In this document: piece by piece, positions 26,419-34,531 of the stretch
Numbering within the stretch: position 1 is the first letter of the stretch
Layout: each line of letters starts with the position of its first letter
Assembly (NCBI GenBank): GCA_001794635.1
Contig: MGKE01000002.1
Location: 13,921 to 77,920 of the forward strand
DNA from: Candidatus Yanofskybacteria bacterium RIFCSPLOWO2_01_FULL_39_28
GTDB taxonomy: Bacteria > Patescibacteriota > Minisyncoccia > 2-02-FULL-40-12 > GWA2-44-9
Length of the DNA: 64,000 nucleotides
Reading direction: 5' to 3'
Position numbers and translations under genes: made by a program
The notes under the pieces: model-generated
What the model saw: the letters and a program-made list of their open reading frames with translations, nothing else
Told to the model about the DNA's origin: nothing
Databases searched by the model: none

Positions 26419-27510
26419 TTGACACCATTTGATACCATTAAATATATGATACCCAGAAATAACAAAAAAATAAATCCCGTTAGAAGTAGCCGTGCCGCGG
26501 TCCTCCGGACTCGTGTCTCTGGCGTGAGCGAGACTTCTAACGGGATAAAAGTTTTGGTTGTCGGTGGAGCCGGATATATTGGAGGAGCAGTGACAGAACT
26601 TTTGATTGCAAAAAAGATTCCTTTCAGTGTCTACGACGCGCTGGTTTACGAACATCAATACCTTAAGCCGGTTGATTTTATCTATGGCGACATAAGGGAT
26701 TATAAAAAACTCAAACAGGTTTTGCCAAAATACACCCACGTTATTTGGTTGGCTGCTCTTGTCGGCGATCCCGGTTGCCAAATAGATGAATGGATGACAA
26801 GAGCCGTCAATGTAGAACCGATTAAGTGGCTTGTTAAAAATTACAAAGGCCGAATATTGTTTGCTTCAACCTGTTCTGTTTATGGTAAAAGCGACAAAAT
26901 GCTTGATGAGTCGTCGCCCTTGAATCCGCTATCATTTTACGCAAAAAGCAAAATTGAGGCAGAATCATATTTAGTCAAACATCCTAATACCTTAATATAT
27001 CGCATTGGCACTGCTTTTGGTCTTTCGGACAAGCATTCAAGAGTTCGTTTAGACTTGGCAGTAAATATGTTAAGTTTTAAAGCCGTCAATGAAGGCAAAT
27101 TGACTTATTTTGGAGGAACACAGTGGAGACCTTTTATTCACGTTAAAGATATTGCTATGGCCTTTGTGAACGGCATCAATAACAAGGCAAAAGGAATTCA
27201 CAATCTTAATAGAGAAAATATTAGTATTGGGGACTTGGCTAAAAAAATAGGCAAACTGACAAAATGTAAAATACAAGCAACCGAACACCCGTTTCAAGAC
27301 GAGCGTAACTATCATGTCAGCGCAGATAAAGCTAGAAAAGCCGGACTTCTTAAGGGATTGAAATACAACCTAGAGCATGGCATACAAGACATATCGTCAT
27401 TGGCTAGTTTTTCAAGAGTATCACCGGAAGAATCTACGGTTCATTTTAATGATAAGCACTTAGCTGGCTTGATGAAGGATAATAAAAAAATATGGAAAAA
27501 GCGGATTTAA
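26419..27510 (+). CDS. NAD-dependent sugar epimerase/dehydratase with an atypical N-terminal extension containing a palindromic element
   Basis: Rossmann motif VLVVGGAGYIGG, with STCSVYG and YAKSK catalytic motifs. About 40 residues precede the Rossmann strand and include the element at 26474-26546. The true start is uncertain (TTG 26419, ATG 26446 or TTG 26554). Confidence 0.7.
   Translation: MTPFDTIKYMIPRNNKKINPVRSSRAAVLRTRVSGVSETSNGIKVLVVGGAGYIGGAVTELLIAKKIPFSVYDALVYEHQYLKPVDFIYGDIRDYKKLKQVLPKYTHVIWLAALVGDPGCQIDEWMTRAVNVEPIKWLVKNYKGRILFASTCSVYGKSDKMLDESSPLNPLSFYAKSKIEAESYLVKHPNTLIYRIGTAFGLSDKHSRVRLDLAVNMLSFKAVNEGKLTYFGGTQWRPFIHVKDIAMAFVNGINNKAKGIHNLNRENISIGDLAKKIGKLTKCKIQATEHPFQDERNYHVSADKARKAGLLKGLKYNLEHGIQDISSLASFSRVSPEESTVHFNDKHLAGLMKDNKKIWKKRI
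26474..26546 (+). repeat. GC-rich palindromic element, copy A, about 73 nt, read in frame
   Basis: 14-bp outer stem ATCCCGTTAGAAGT / ACTTCTAACGGGAT enclosing two small hairpins (GGTCC-TCC-GGACT; CTCGTGTC-TCT-GGCGTGAG). Homologous to the reverse complement of 34353-34425. Confidence 0.8.
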
Positions 27511-27974
27511 AAAAACCTCGTTCAATTGAATATCCAGTTTTTGCCGATGACCGGGGAACTTTCGCGCCGTTTATTAACGGCTTAGAAGAAATTGCGCCCT
27601 TTCAACAAGCTCAGGGCAAGCCAAAACCTCTTATAATCAAGAGAATGTATTATGTTTGTAACGACAGCAAGGGGATTGTCCGCGGATTTCATTACCACGA
27701 AAAGGAGTGGAAATTTTTTGTCATCGTTTCCGGTTCAGCTAAGTTCGTTGCTTTAGACCCTAAAAAACCTGCTGAAAAATTCCAATTTGTAAGTTCAGTG
27801 AGAAAAAATAATTTAATAATTATTCCGCCATTTTATGCCAATGGCTGGGTTTCTCTTTCTGATAATACTATTCTAGTCTGCGCTTCAACCTCTACCACCC
27901 AAGAATCCCTTAAAGACGACAAGCGTTTTGATCCCTATAAATGGGGTGATGTTTGGTCAGTAAAAGCAAGATAA
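27492..27974 (+). CDS. Cupin-fold sugar epimerase/ketoisomerase (RmlC / WxcM / FdtA-like)
   Basis: VFADDRGTFAPF and RGFHYHEKEWKFFVIVSG cupin motifs. Confidence 0.6.
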   Translation: MEKADLKKPRSIEYPVFADDRGTFAPFINGLEEIAPFQQAQGKPKPLIIKRMYYVCNDSKGIVRGFHYHEKEWKFFVIVSGSAKFVALDPKKPAEKFQFVSSVRKNNLIIIPPFYANGWVSLSDNTILVCASTSTTQESLKDDKRFDPYKWGDVWSVKAR

Positions 27975-27996
27975 AAGACCCTCTCGGGTCTTTTTA
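27972..27996. terminator. Bidirectional intrinsic terminator between convergent genes
   Basis: AAAGACCC-TCTC-GGGTCTTT followed by TT. Confidence 0.7.
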
Positions 27997-28440
27997 AATT
28001 GGTGTTAATTGGTAATAGAAATTTTCTTCATCCTCAGATATTTTCTTAAAACCATTTCGTTCAAATATTTTTACTGAAGCCAAGTTGTGTTTCCTTACCT
28101 CGGCGTGGATTGGCTTGTCCGTTCTCAATTGTTCTATTGATTGGCCAAGTAGAAGGGTACCGATGCCATTACCGTGCATTGAAGAAGAAACGGCGATTGA
28201 GTTTAAGTAATGATCACCCTCCGAATCAAAGCGGCAATAACCGATAACTTTTCCATCAATTTCAGCCACAAAACAGAAATTGTTTTGGGGTTTAGAATAT
28301 TTATTCTCAAACCAAGCGACATGCTTTGCTAGCGGAATTGCTTCTGGATTAGCCGCAACGGCTAAAGATGCCGGCTCATTCCGAATCTCCCAAATCTGTT
28401 CAGCATCACTAAATTGTGCCGGCCTGATGATTGGGTCCAT
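27994..28440 (-). CDS. GNAT-family N-acetyltransferase (PseH-like position)
   Basis: Acetyl-CoA-binding-type region, VSSSMHGNGIGTLLL, in a 148-aa protein at the end of the nonulosonate operon. Confidence 0.75.
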   Translation of the reverse strand: MDPIIRPAQFSDAEQIWEIRNEPASLAVAANPEAIPLAKHVAWFENKYSKPQNNFCFVAEIDGKVIGYCRFDSEGDHYLNSIAVSSSMHGNGIGTLLLGQSIEQLRTDKPIHAEVRKHNLASVKIFERNGFKKISEDEENFYYQLTPI

Positions 28441-28442
28441 AC

Positions 28443-28524
28443 CCTAGCCACTAGCCATTAGTGCCTAGCGACTAGTATAATACAAATTTGACCAATTACT
28501 AGTGGCTAGTCGCTAGTGGCTATA
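28443..28524. repeat. CTAG-rich nested inverted repeat
   Basis: TAGCCACTAG and CTAGCGACTAG units pair with CTAGTCGCTAG and CTAGTGGCTA downstream, with 7 CTAG tetramers in about 80 bp. It spans the gap between the GNAT and synthase genes and the last codons of the synthase. Confidence 0.6.
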
Positions 28525-29576
28525 TGTTTTAATTTAAGCGGTGTGCCTTTTTCAAGATCAACCCCGGATCTTTTACCGATAACCCGATTATAATATTTAG
28601 GTTCAAGGCCGTGTCCTGGGCGAATTGAACGAATATTCTGCGGGGTGAACTTTTGCCCTTTTCTGATATCCTCAACAACAAAAAGTGATTTTCTGAAGAC
28701 AATATTTTCAGATTCTTTTACCCCGGCTCCATAAGATGGATTTCCTAGGGCGGATTCGGTATTTCTAACAGAATTAACAAGGTTTTTAAATTCATCCGGT
28801 TCAAGAGAAAAAGCAGCATCCGGTCCACCTTCTTTTCTAGATAAAATAATATGCTTCTCAATTATAGAAGCGCCAAGGGCGACAGAACTGATCGGGACAG
28901 TAACCCCGGGACTATGGTCAGAAATACCGACAACTGTTCTGAATTTTTTTATTAAGTCGGGGATGGTTTTTAGATTCATCTCTTTATATTCAGCCGGATA
29001 TGAGCTTATACAATGTAAAATAGCGACTGATGGGCAGCCATTTTCTTTTAGTGTTTTAATGGCCAGCTTAAGTTCCGGCAAAGACGACATGCCTCGGGAA
29101 ATAATTACGGGCTTCTTTGTTTGGCCAATTTTTTTTAAGAGGGGAATATCAACAACTTCAAATGATGCTACCTTATAGATAGACATATTTATTTTTTCTA
29201 AAAAATCTACGGCAGTATTGTCAAAGGGGGTTGAGAAACAGATTAATCCTCTTGATTCGGCGTATTTTTTGAGTTTCGGCTGCCATCCCCAAGGCATATA
29301 GGCCTTTCTATATAAATCGTAAAGAGTTTGTCCTTTCCAGGCGTCATTTACTTTTATTTGGAAATATTCCTTGTTTGAGTTTATGGTTATCGTGTCTGGG
29401 GTATAGGTTTGCAATTTTATTGCATCTACGCCGGCTTTGGCCGTTGCGTCAATTATCTTATATGCTTTTTTTATATCGTGTCCATGATTAGCTGATATCT
29501 CGGCAATTATAAAAACAGGATGACCAGGTCCAATCCTTCTGATTTTACCTTTTATTTTTATAACTAAATCAACCAT
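28506..29576 (-). CDS. Nonulosonic acid synthase (PseI/NeuB/LegI family) with a C-terminal SAF domain
   Basis: FIIAEISANHGHDIKKAYKIIDATAKAGVDAIKLQTY, ISDHSPG and a C-terminal antifreeze-like domain (VVEDIRKGQKFTPQNIRSIRPG). Confidence 0.85.
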   Translation of the reverse strand: MVDLVIKIKGKIRRIGPGHPVFIIAEISANHGHDIKKAYKIIDATAKAGVDAIKLQTYTPDTITINSNKEYFQIKVNDAWKGQTLYDLYRKAYMPWGWQPKLKKYAESRGLICFSTPFDNTAVDFLEKINMSIYKVASFEVVDIPLLKKIGQTKKPVIISRGMSSLPELKLAIKTLKENGCPSVAILHCISSYPAEYKEMNLKTIPDLIKKFRTVVGISDHSPGVTVPISSVALGASIIEKHIILSRKEGGPDAAFSLEPDEFKNLVNSVRNTESALGNPSYGAGVKESENIVFRKSLFVVEDIRKGQKFTPQNIRSIRPGHGLEPKYYNRVIGKRSGVDLEKGTPLKLKHIATSD

Positions 29577-30160
29577 GTTCTAATTTTATAGTTACCCGAT
29601 TTTAATGCTCTTATACCTCTTTGCTCGTTAGCAATTATACTTTTCATTTTTAGACTTTTTAGTTCTCTATTAATTTTATTTTCTAACTTATTATTAAACT
29701 TTATAACTACTTTTTCTGCTGAAGTTAATAGGATGTTTTTACCGAGTCCTTTAAATTCTGAAAGATAATTCATCATTGTTTTTATTCGTGGCAGGTGGTA
29801 GCTATTAGATACTAGTATGACTTTGTTTGAATTTTTTGTTAAAAAGTTTTTTATCCAAACAAGTTCAGCATATGTTGACGGAGTTTTGTTTTCTTCCAGT
29901 ATTTCTTTTTGAGATAAACCAAGCTTAACAAGTTCACTTTTCATTACTTTTGCTACGGGCGGGACCCCAGGAATATCTTTATAAATTCCCTTTCCTCCGG
30001 AAACTATCAGTACCACCTTATTCTTTTCGGATAATTTTTTATAAAGATAGTAACCCGCGAGCACTCTTACATAATTAAACCGACCGGTTTTAAAGCTTCC
30101 ATTCGGATTCTTTCTTAATAATCCACCCAATATTATTATTGTGTATTTTTTGCTTAACAT
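29564..30160 (-). CDS. DUF218 (YdcF/ElyC-like) protein
   Basis: IIILGG, LIVSGGKG, EENKTPSTYAE and ILVSNSYHLPR follow the DUF218 pattern. Confidence 0.6.
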   Translation of the reverse strand: MLSKKYTIIILGGLLRKNPNGSFKTGRFNYVRVLAGYYLYKKLSEKNKVVLIVSGGKGIYKDIPGVPPVAKVMKSELVKLGLSQKEILEENKTPSTYAELVWIKNFLTKNSNKVILVSNSYHLPRIKTMMNYLSEFKGLGKNILLTSAEKVVIKFNNKLENKINRELKSLKMKSIIANEQRGIRALKSGNYKIRTWLI

Positions 30161-30162
30161 TT

Positions 30163-30921
30163 TTATAAAATTCTGACAGCAATCCCTGCTTTATCCATTC
30201 TTTCCTTAATGCTATTGGCGGTATGTCCGGAATAATGAAACATGCTGGCAAGGGAAGCGGCGTGCGCTTTTCCAATCTTGACCACATCTATGATATCTTG
30301 AACTTTTCCTGCTCCACCGCAAGCAATGACCGGAATTTTTACGGCGGACGCAACCTCTTTTACCAGTTTCAAATCATAGCCCCCCATAGTGCCGTCCTGA
30401 TCAATGGAAGTTAAAAATATTTCACCGGCTCCTAGTTGTTCAATTTCTTTGGCCCAATCAAGGGCCACCTTGCCAATATTTGTTCTACCTCTGTTTTTGA
30501 AAACGTAGTGATCTTTGCCTATTTTTTTTGCGTCTATGGAAATGACAATGCATTGACTGCCGAACTTTTTAGCCGCTTCTGTTATAAATCCGGGATTTTC
30601 AATTGCGGCTGTGTTAATACATACTTTGTCGGCTCCGATTTTGAGTAGATTGGTAATATCCTGAATGTTTTTAATGCCACCCCCGATAGTCACAGGCATA
30701 AAACACTCAAGCATAAGTTTGCGGACTGTTTCCAAATCTGATTTTCTATTTTCTTCTGTGGCGGCAAGGTCAATAAACACAAGTTCATCTACATTTCTAC
30801 TGTCGTATACTTTTGCAAACTGAACCGGATTTCCAAGAGTTCTCATCTCGCCGAATTTGATTGTTTTAACAATGTGCATGCCATTATAAAGCATGCACGG
30901 GATAACTCTAGTTTTTAGCAT
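30163..30921 (-). CDS. HisF-like cyclase subunit (WbuZ/PseA-associated imidazole glycerol phosphate synthase homologue)
   Basis: RVIPCMLY..., DELVFIDL, TIGGGI and ACGGAG motifs of the HisF (beta/alpha)8 barrel. Confidence 0.85.
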   Translation of the reverse strand: MLKTRVIPCMLYNGMHIVKTIKFGEMRTLGNPVQFAKVYDSRNVDELVFIDLAATEENRKSDLETVRKLMLECFMPVTIGGGIKNIQDITNLLKIGADKVCINTAAIENPGFITEAAKKFGSQCIVISIDAKKIGKDHYVFKNRGRTNIGKVALDWAKEIEQLGAGEIFLTSIDQDGTMGGYDLKLVKEVASAVKIPVIACGGAGKVQDIIDVVKIGKAHAASLASMFHYSGHTANSIKERMDKAGIAVRIL

Positions 30922-31534
30922 GAGTATAAGATAAAAAATTATCCAAAACTTTTAGGCCGGCCAATTGGCTTTTTTCTGGGTGAAATTGAGTGGCAAAGAT
31001 ATTATCTTTTTGGATGCTTGAAGAGAATACCTGATCATAATTGCAGGTTGAGGTGACTATTGATTTATCAGCTGGTTTTAAAAAATAACTATGAACAAAA
31101 TAAAAATTATTATCAGGAAGATCGGAAAATAATTTGTTGCTCTTCGTTTTTATATTATTCCAGCCAATGTGCGGCAGATTGGTTGATTTTAATTTAATAG
31201 TTTCACCCTTAATCCATCCGAGTCCATCATGTTTTCCAAATTCATACCCGGTATCTGCTAACAATTGCATTCCAATACAAATACCTAAAAAGGGAACTCT
31301 TTTTTTAAGCACACTTTTACTTAAAATATCAATAAGGCCAAGTTTTTTTAAATTACTAATTCCTTCTCCGAAGGCTCCAACACCCGGAAGAACAATATAT
31401 TGAGCAGAACCAATATCGTTTTTTGTGCTTGATATCTTCACTCTTGCCCCCAATTTTTCAAATGCCTTTTTAACAGATGCCACATTGCCCATTTTATAAT
31501 CAACTATCACTACCTTTTTAAGACTAGTTGTCAT
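30908..31534 (-). CDS. HisH-like glutamine amidotransferase subunit (WbuY-like)
   Basis: Class I GATase triad context: LPGVGAFG, GICIGMQLL and QFHPEKS. Confidence 0.85.
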   Translation of the reverse strand: MTTSLKKVVIVDYKMGNVASVKKAFEKLGARVKISSTKNDIGSAQYIVLPGVGAFGEGISNLKKLGLIDILSKSVLKKRVPFLGICIGMQLLADTGYEFGKHDGLGWIKGETIKLKSTNLPHIGWNNIKTKSNKLFSDLPDNNFYFVHSYFLKPADKSIVTSTCNYDQVFSSSIQKDNIFATQFHPEKSQLAGLKVLDNFLSYTHAKN

Positions 31535-32678
31535 AATTATTTTTAACTAAATTTCCGGCTATATCGCGAATTGGGTTACCTTTTTTATCAAGTCGGAATA
31601 TTTTTTTATTTGTAAACTGGTCAAAGACAACATCTATTTCTTTTTTGGTCAGACTGGAATATTCCATGAACATTTTTACGCCGTAATAAGGATATTTGCC
31701 GTCATATTTTTTTACAAGTTCAAGTCCTTCTTCGCGGTTGATTCGGCCATTTCTTATATCCAAACAAGCGTGGTCAGTTGCTCGACAAAAGCCGTATTTT
31801 AAGAATTTAAGATAATCATGAACACCCTGGTTTGCCTCATCAAGGTTTTCATAATTTGTATATGTGCCTTCAATCGGCCCGTCATTTTTAACATTAAAGC
31901 CGTATTTTTTTATCACTAATTCTGTTTGTTTTCTGGCGTCCCATTTAAAGAAATAGCCCAAGAATAAACCGGTGACACCGACCTCTTTCAAATCCTTGTC
32001 GCTCGGATATTGATAAATAGTAAGATCTTCTTTGGTAATACCGTTAACGCCAAGCATGTCGTTGGTCCTGTTTCCCAAAAGTCCGCCTAATTCTTCAAGC
32101 CAGCGGCGGTCTAGATAATTTTTTTTGGTTGATAAAACCGGGCCGCCGTATTCAAGCTGAACATTCTCGCCCCAGATTATTAAGGGTATTTTGAATTTCA
32201 CTGCTATTTGTACGGGAATTGTGAAAATACCAAGGTGATTGGGCCATTCATTGTCGCCAACCCGCTTAAATGACTCTATGACCATCTTTTTATAAACTTC
32301 GGGATCTTTCTTAAAATACATAAAATCACCGAACTGTCTTATGTTCTCTATATTTTTTTTACCCAGTTCGGTTGTATATGTAGCCTCAAAACACACCAGC
32401 AATGGATGCATTTTATATACAGTCTTCATTACGTGAGCCTGATAATGGCTGTCCTTGCCTCCCGAAACAGGTATTATACAGTCGTAATAGCCGTCTTTAG
32501 AGCGATACTTATTTAAAGTTTTTTCAAACTGTTTTTGTCTAGCTTTCCAGTCAATCCCTTTAATTTTTGCATGCTTTAATTCAGATGACCGGCAGGCATC
32601 GCAAACACCATCCTTATCAAAAAACAAGTCTGGCTTAGTGTTGGGCATTACACATTTTTTACAGTAGATTAATTTCAT
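31524..32678 (-). CDS. N-acetyl sugar amidotransferase (PP-loop ATPase, WbuX/PseA-like)
   Basis: N-terminal zinc-ribbon CKKCVMP...CDAC and PP-loop IPVSGGKDS. Sits directly upstream of the HisH/HisF homologues. Confidence 0.8.
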   Translation of the reverse strand: MKLIYCKKCVMPNTKPDLFFDKDGVCDACRSSELKHAKIKGIDWKARQKQFEKTLNKYRSKDGYYDCIIPVSGGKDSHYQAHVMKTVYKMHPLLVCFEATYTTELGKKNIENIRQFGDFMYFKKDPEVYKKMVIESFKRVGDNEWPNHLGIFTIPVQIAVKFKIPLIIWGENVQLEYGGPVLSTKKNYLDRRWLEELGGLLGNRTNDMLGVNGITKEDLTIYQYPSDKDLKEVGVTGLFLGYFFKWDARKQTELVIKKYGFNVKNDGPIEGTYTNYENLDEANQGVHDYLKFLKYGFCRATDHACLDIRNGRINREEGLELVKKYDGKYPYYGVKMFMEYSSLTKKEIDVVFDQFTNKKIFRLDKKGNPIRDIAGNLVKNNYDN

Positions 32679-34531
32679 TTTGGTAAATGTATTCTTGTTT
32701 CTTTTTTTAGCAAAGTAATTAATTTTTTGTCAGTTTTGTATTTATCGGACAGTTGTCCGTTTATTGTTGGAATATCAGGATTTTTATCAAGAACTTCGTA
32801 GATGTTTTTTATGTTCGGCTCTTTTGAACCGAGTTTGTCGAATAATGCTTTTAACATATCAAGATCTTCTTGAAAATCTAAGGTCAAGCGGTAACTTCTC
32901 ATCCATTCCTTAGGCAGTTCTACGGAGTCAACTTGGAAGATATCTTTGTTAGTTAGCATGTACCAAGTCATGTATTCGGAATGTTTAGCATCGCCAAGAT
33001 AAGCAATAACTTTTTTGAGAGTATTTGTGTTATATATCTCACTAATGAGACCGGTTACATATTCTTTTGGTCCGGTATAATCGTTGCCCTTCTCAAAATG
33101 TTTTTGAAGTAAAAATTCTGCCATCTCATAGGAAACTATCGGACAATCACCGGTAATTCGTATTATTACATCAAGGTTATATTTTTCAGCTACGCCTAAG
33201 TAGCGGAGCATGACATCCTCGGGGTCTCCGGCAAAGAAGCGGATTTTATGTTTTAAGGCATATTTTTTTAGAATCTGATCCTCTTCAATAGTTGAAGTTG
33301 CTAAAATTATCTCATCGGCTGATTTAATTTTTTTGGCGTTCAAAATACATCTTTCAATTGAGGCCAGTCCCTGAATAAGCAAGATGGCTTTATGTTTCAA
33401 TCTGGTTGATTTCATTCGGCAAGCAATGATTACCCCAACCCCGGCTTTTTTTAGACCGCCTTTTGTTATTGGCTTGCCGGGCTTTATATCATTTTTGAGT
33501 ACATATTTTTTCTTCATATATTCTTTAATTTCGGCCACGGTTAATCCTTCTTGTCCGGTTCTTCTAAATTCAAAATTTTTAAAATTAATTACGTCACCAG
33601 CCCGCATGGCGACAGCGGCAATCGGTTTTTCAATCGTTGTTTTGAGATAGTTTGCTTCTTTGTCGGGAATCAACTTGGTTCCCAATATTTTTTCGCATTC
33701 TTTGAGGTTGTATAATAGATGAGAACATTCATCTGGTTCAATTGCCGATTGAAAGTCATATTTTGTTTTATTTCGGTCCAGACAGACATGTTTCTCAATA
33801 TGTCCGGCTCCAGCCAATACTGCGTAAACAGGCACGTCAAAAGCAAGGGGGGATCTGCCATCTACGTGGTCAGCATATGATACTGTGTATTCTGGGAATT
33901 CTTTTCTTAAAATTTGTATTTTACTTATGGTCAGGTCTTCTTTATCTGTTGGATAGGCCTGGAAACCTGCCTGGAGTATAATCTCATTTTTGGTGAAATA
34001 ATTTGATCTAAAGTCGTCCAGTGTTTTTCTTATATTATCAATCTCGCATCCGGCAATATTTAATATAACTTTAATCTTTTTGTCTCCGATTGTTTCAGAA
34101 AGAGACTTCAACACTTTTAAATTGCCTAATACCGATGATTGAAGTTTTATCCCGGTAACTAGCGATATATTATCTTTGAGTACCTCAACACTATAAAGAT
34201 CAAAAACATCTATCCAAACATCAAAACCTTTTTCTTTTGTGTGAACGAATATTTTTTTCCAATTTTGTTTATCAATAAAAAATTTTACGTAAACCTTATA
34301 ATATTCGTAATCTTTTAAGGCAATCTCGTTGTATTTGAACACTTGAAACTTCACCCCGTACGAAGTCGCGCTCGCGCCTTTGGCGCGAGTCCTTCGGACC
34401 GTGGCGCGGCTACTTCGTACGGGGTTAATACCGTTATTGTCGGTACGGGGCAGGGTATTTATTAGGTCATAAATGTATTTCTTTGACCCACCGTGAGAGT
34501 TAGCTAGTTCATAAAGTAAATAAGTTCTCAT
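32675..34531 (-). CDS. Fusion of a NeuB-like synthase domain (plus SAF) with an SpsF/NeuA-type cytidylyltransferase domain; the synthase domain carries a palindromic insertion
   Basis: N-terminal YELANSHGGS...GVKFQVF and SAF-like AMRAGDVINFKNFEFRRTG. C-terminal GVIIACRMKSTRLKHKAIL (CTP_transf_3-like). Residues INPVRSSRATVRRTRAKGASATSY are encoded by the element at 34353-34425. Confidence 0.7.
   Translation of the reverse strand: MRTYLLYELANSHGGSKKYIYDLINTLPRTDNNGINPVRSSRATVRRTRAKGASATSYGVKFQVFKYNEIALKDYEYYKVYVKFFIDKQNWKKIFVHTKEKGFDVWIDVFDLYSVEVLKDNISLVTGIKLQSSVLGNLKVLKSLSETIGDKKIKVILNIAGCEIDNIRKTLDDFRSNYFTKNEIILQAGFQAYPTDKEDLTISKIQILRKEFPEYTVSYADHVDGRSPLAFDVPVYAVLAGAGHIEKHVCLDRNKTKYDFQSAIEPDECSHLLYNLKECEKILGTKLIPDKEANYLKTTIEKPIAAVAMRAGDVINFKNFEFRRTGQEGLTVAEIKEYMKKKYVLKNDIKPGKPITKGGLKKAGVGVIIACRMKSTRLKHKAILLIQGLASIERCILNAKKIKSADEIILATSTIEEDQILKKYALKHKIRFFAGDPEDVMLRYLGVAEKYNLDVIIRITGDCPIVSYEMAEFLLQKHFEKGNDYTGPKEYVTGLISEIYNTNTLKKVIAYLGDAKHSEYMTWYMLTNKDIFQVDSVELPKEWMRSYRLTLDFQEDLDMLKALFDKLGSKEPNIKNIYEVLDKNPDIPTINGQLSDKYKTDKKLITLLKKETRIHLPK
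34353..34425 (-). repeat. GC-rich palindromic element, copy B, about 73 nt, read in frame
   Basis: Outer stem ACCCCGTACGAAGT / ACTTCGTACGGGGT (minus-strand sense) enclosing GGTCC-GAA-GGACT and CTCGCGCC-AAA-GGCGCGAG. Same orientation and reading frame relative to its host gene as copy A. Confidence 0.8.

Noticed and set aside
26474-26546. The 73-nt palindromic element as a tRNA or tRNA-like gene, because of its length.
   Set aside because: It has a 14-bp outer stem and only two short internal hairpins. There is no T-loop (GTTCRA), D-arm or anticodon-arm geometry, and it is embedded in frame in coding sequence.
26383-26781. A 132-aa minus-strand ORF overlapping the 5' end of the epimerase gene.
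   Set aside because: It has no recognisable motifs and lies antisense to a well-supported gene. It is open largely because it reads through the GC-rich palindromic element, which lacks stops in several frames.
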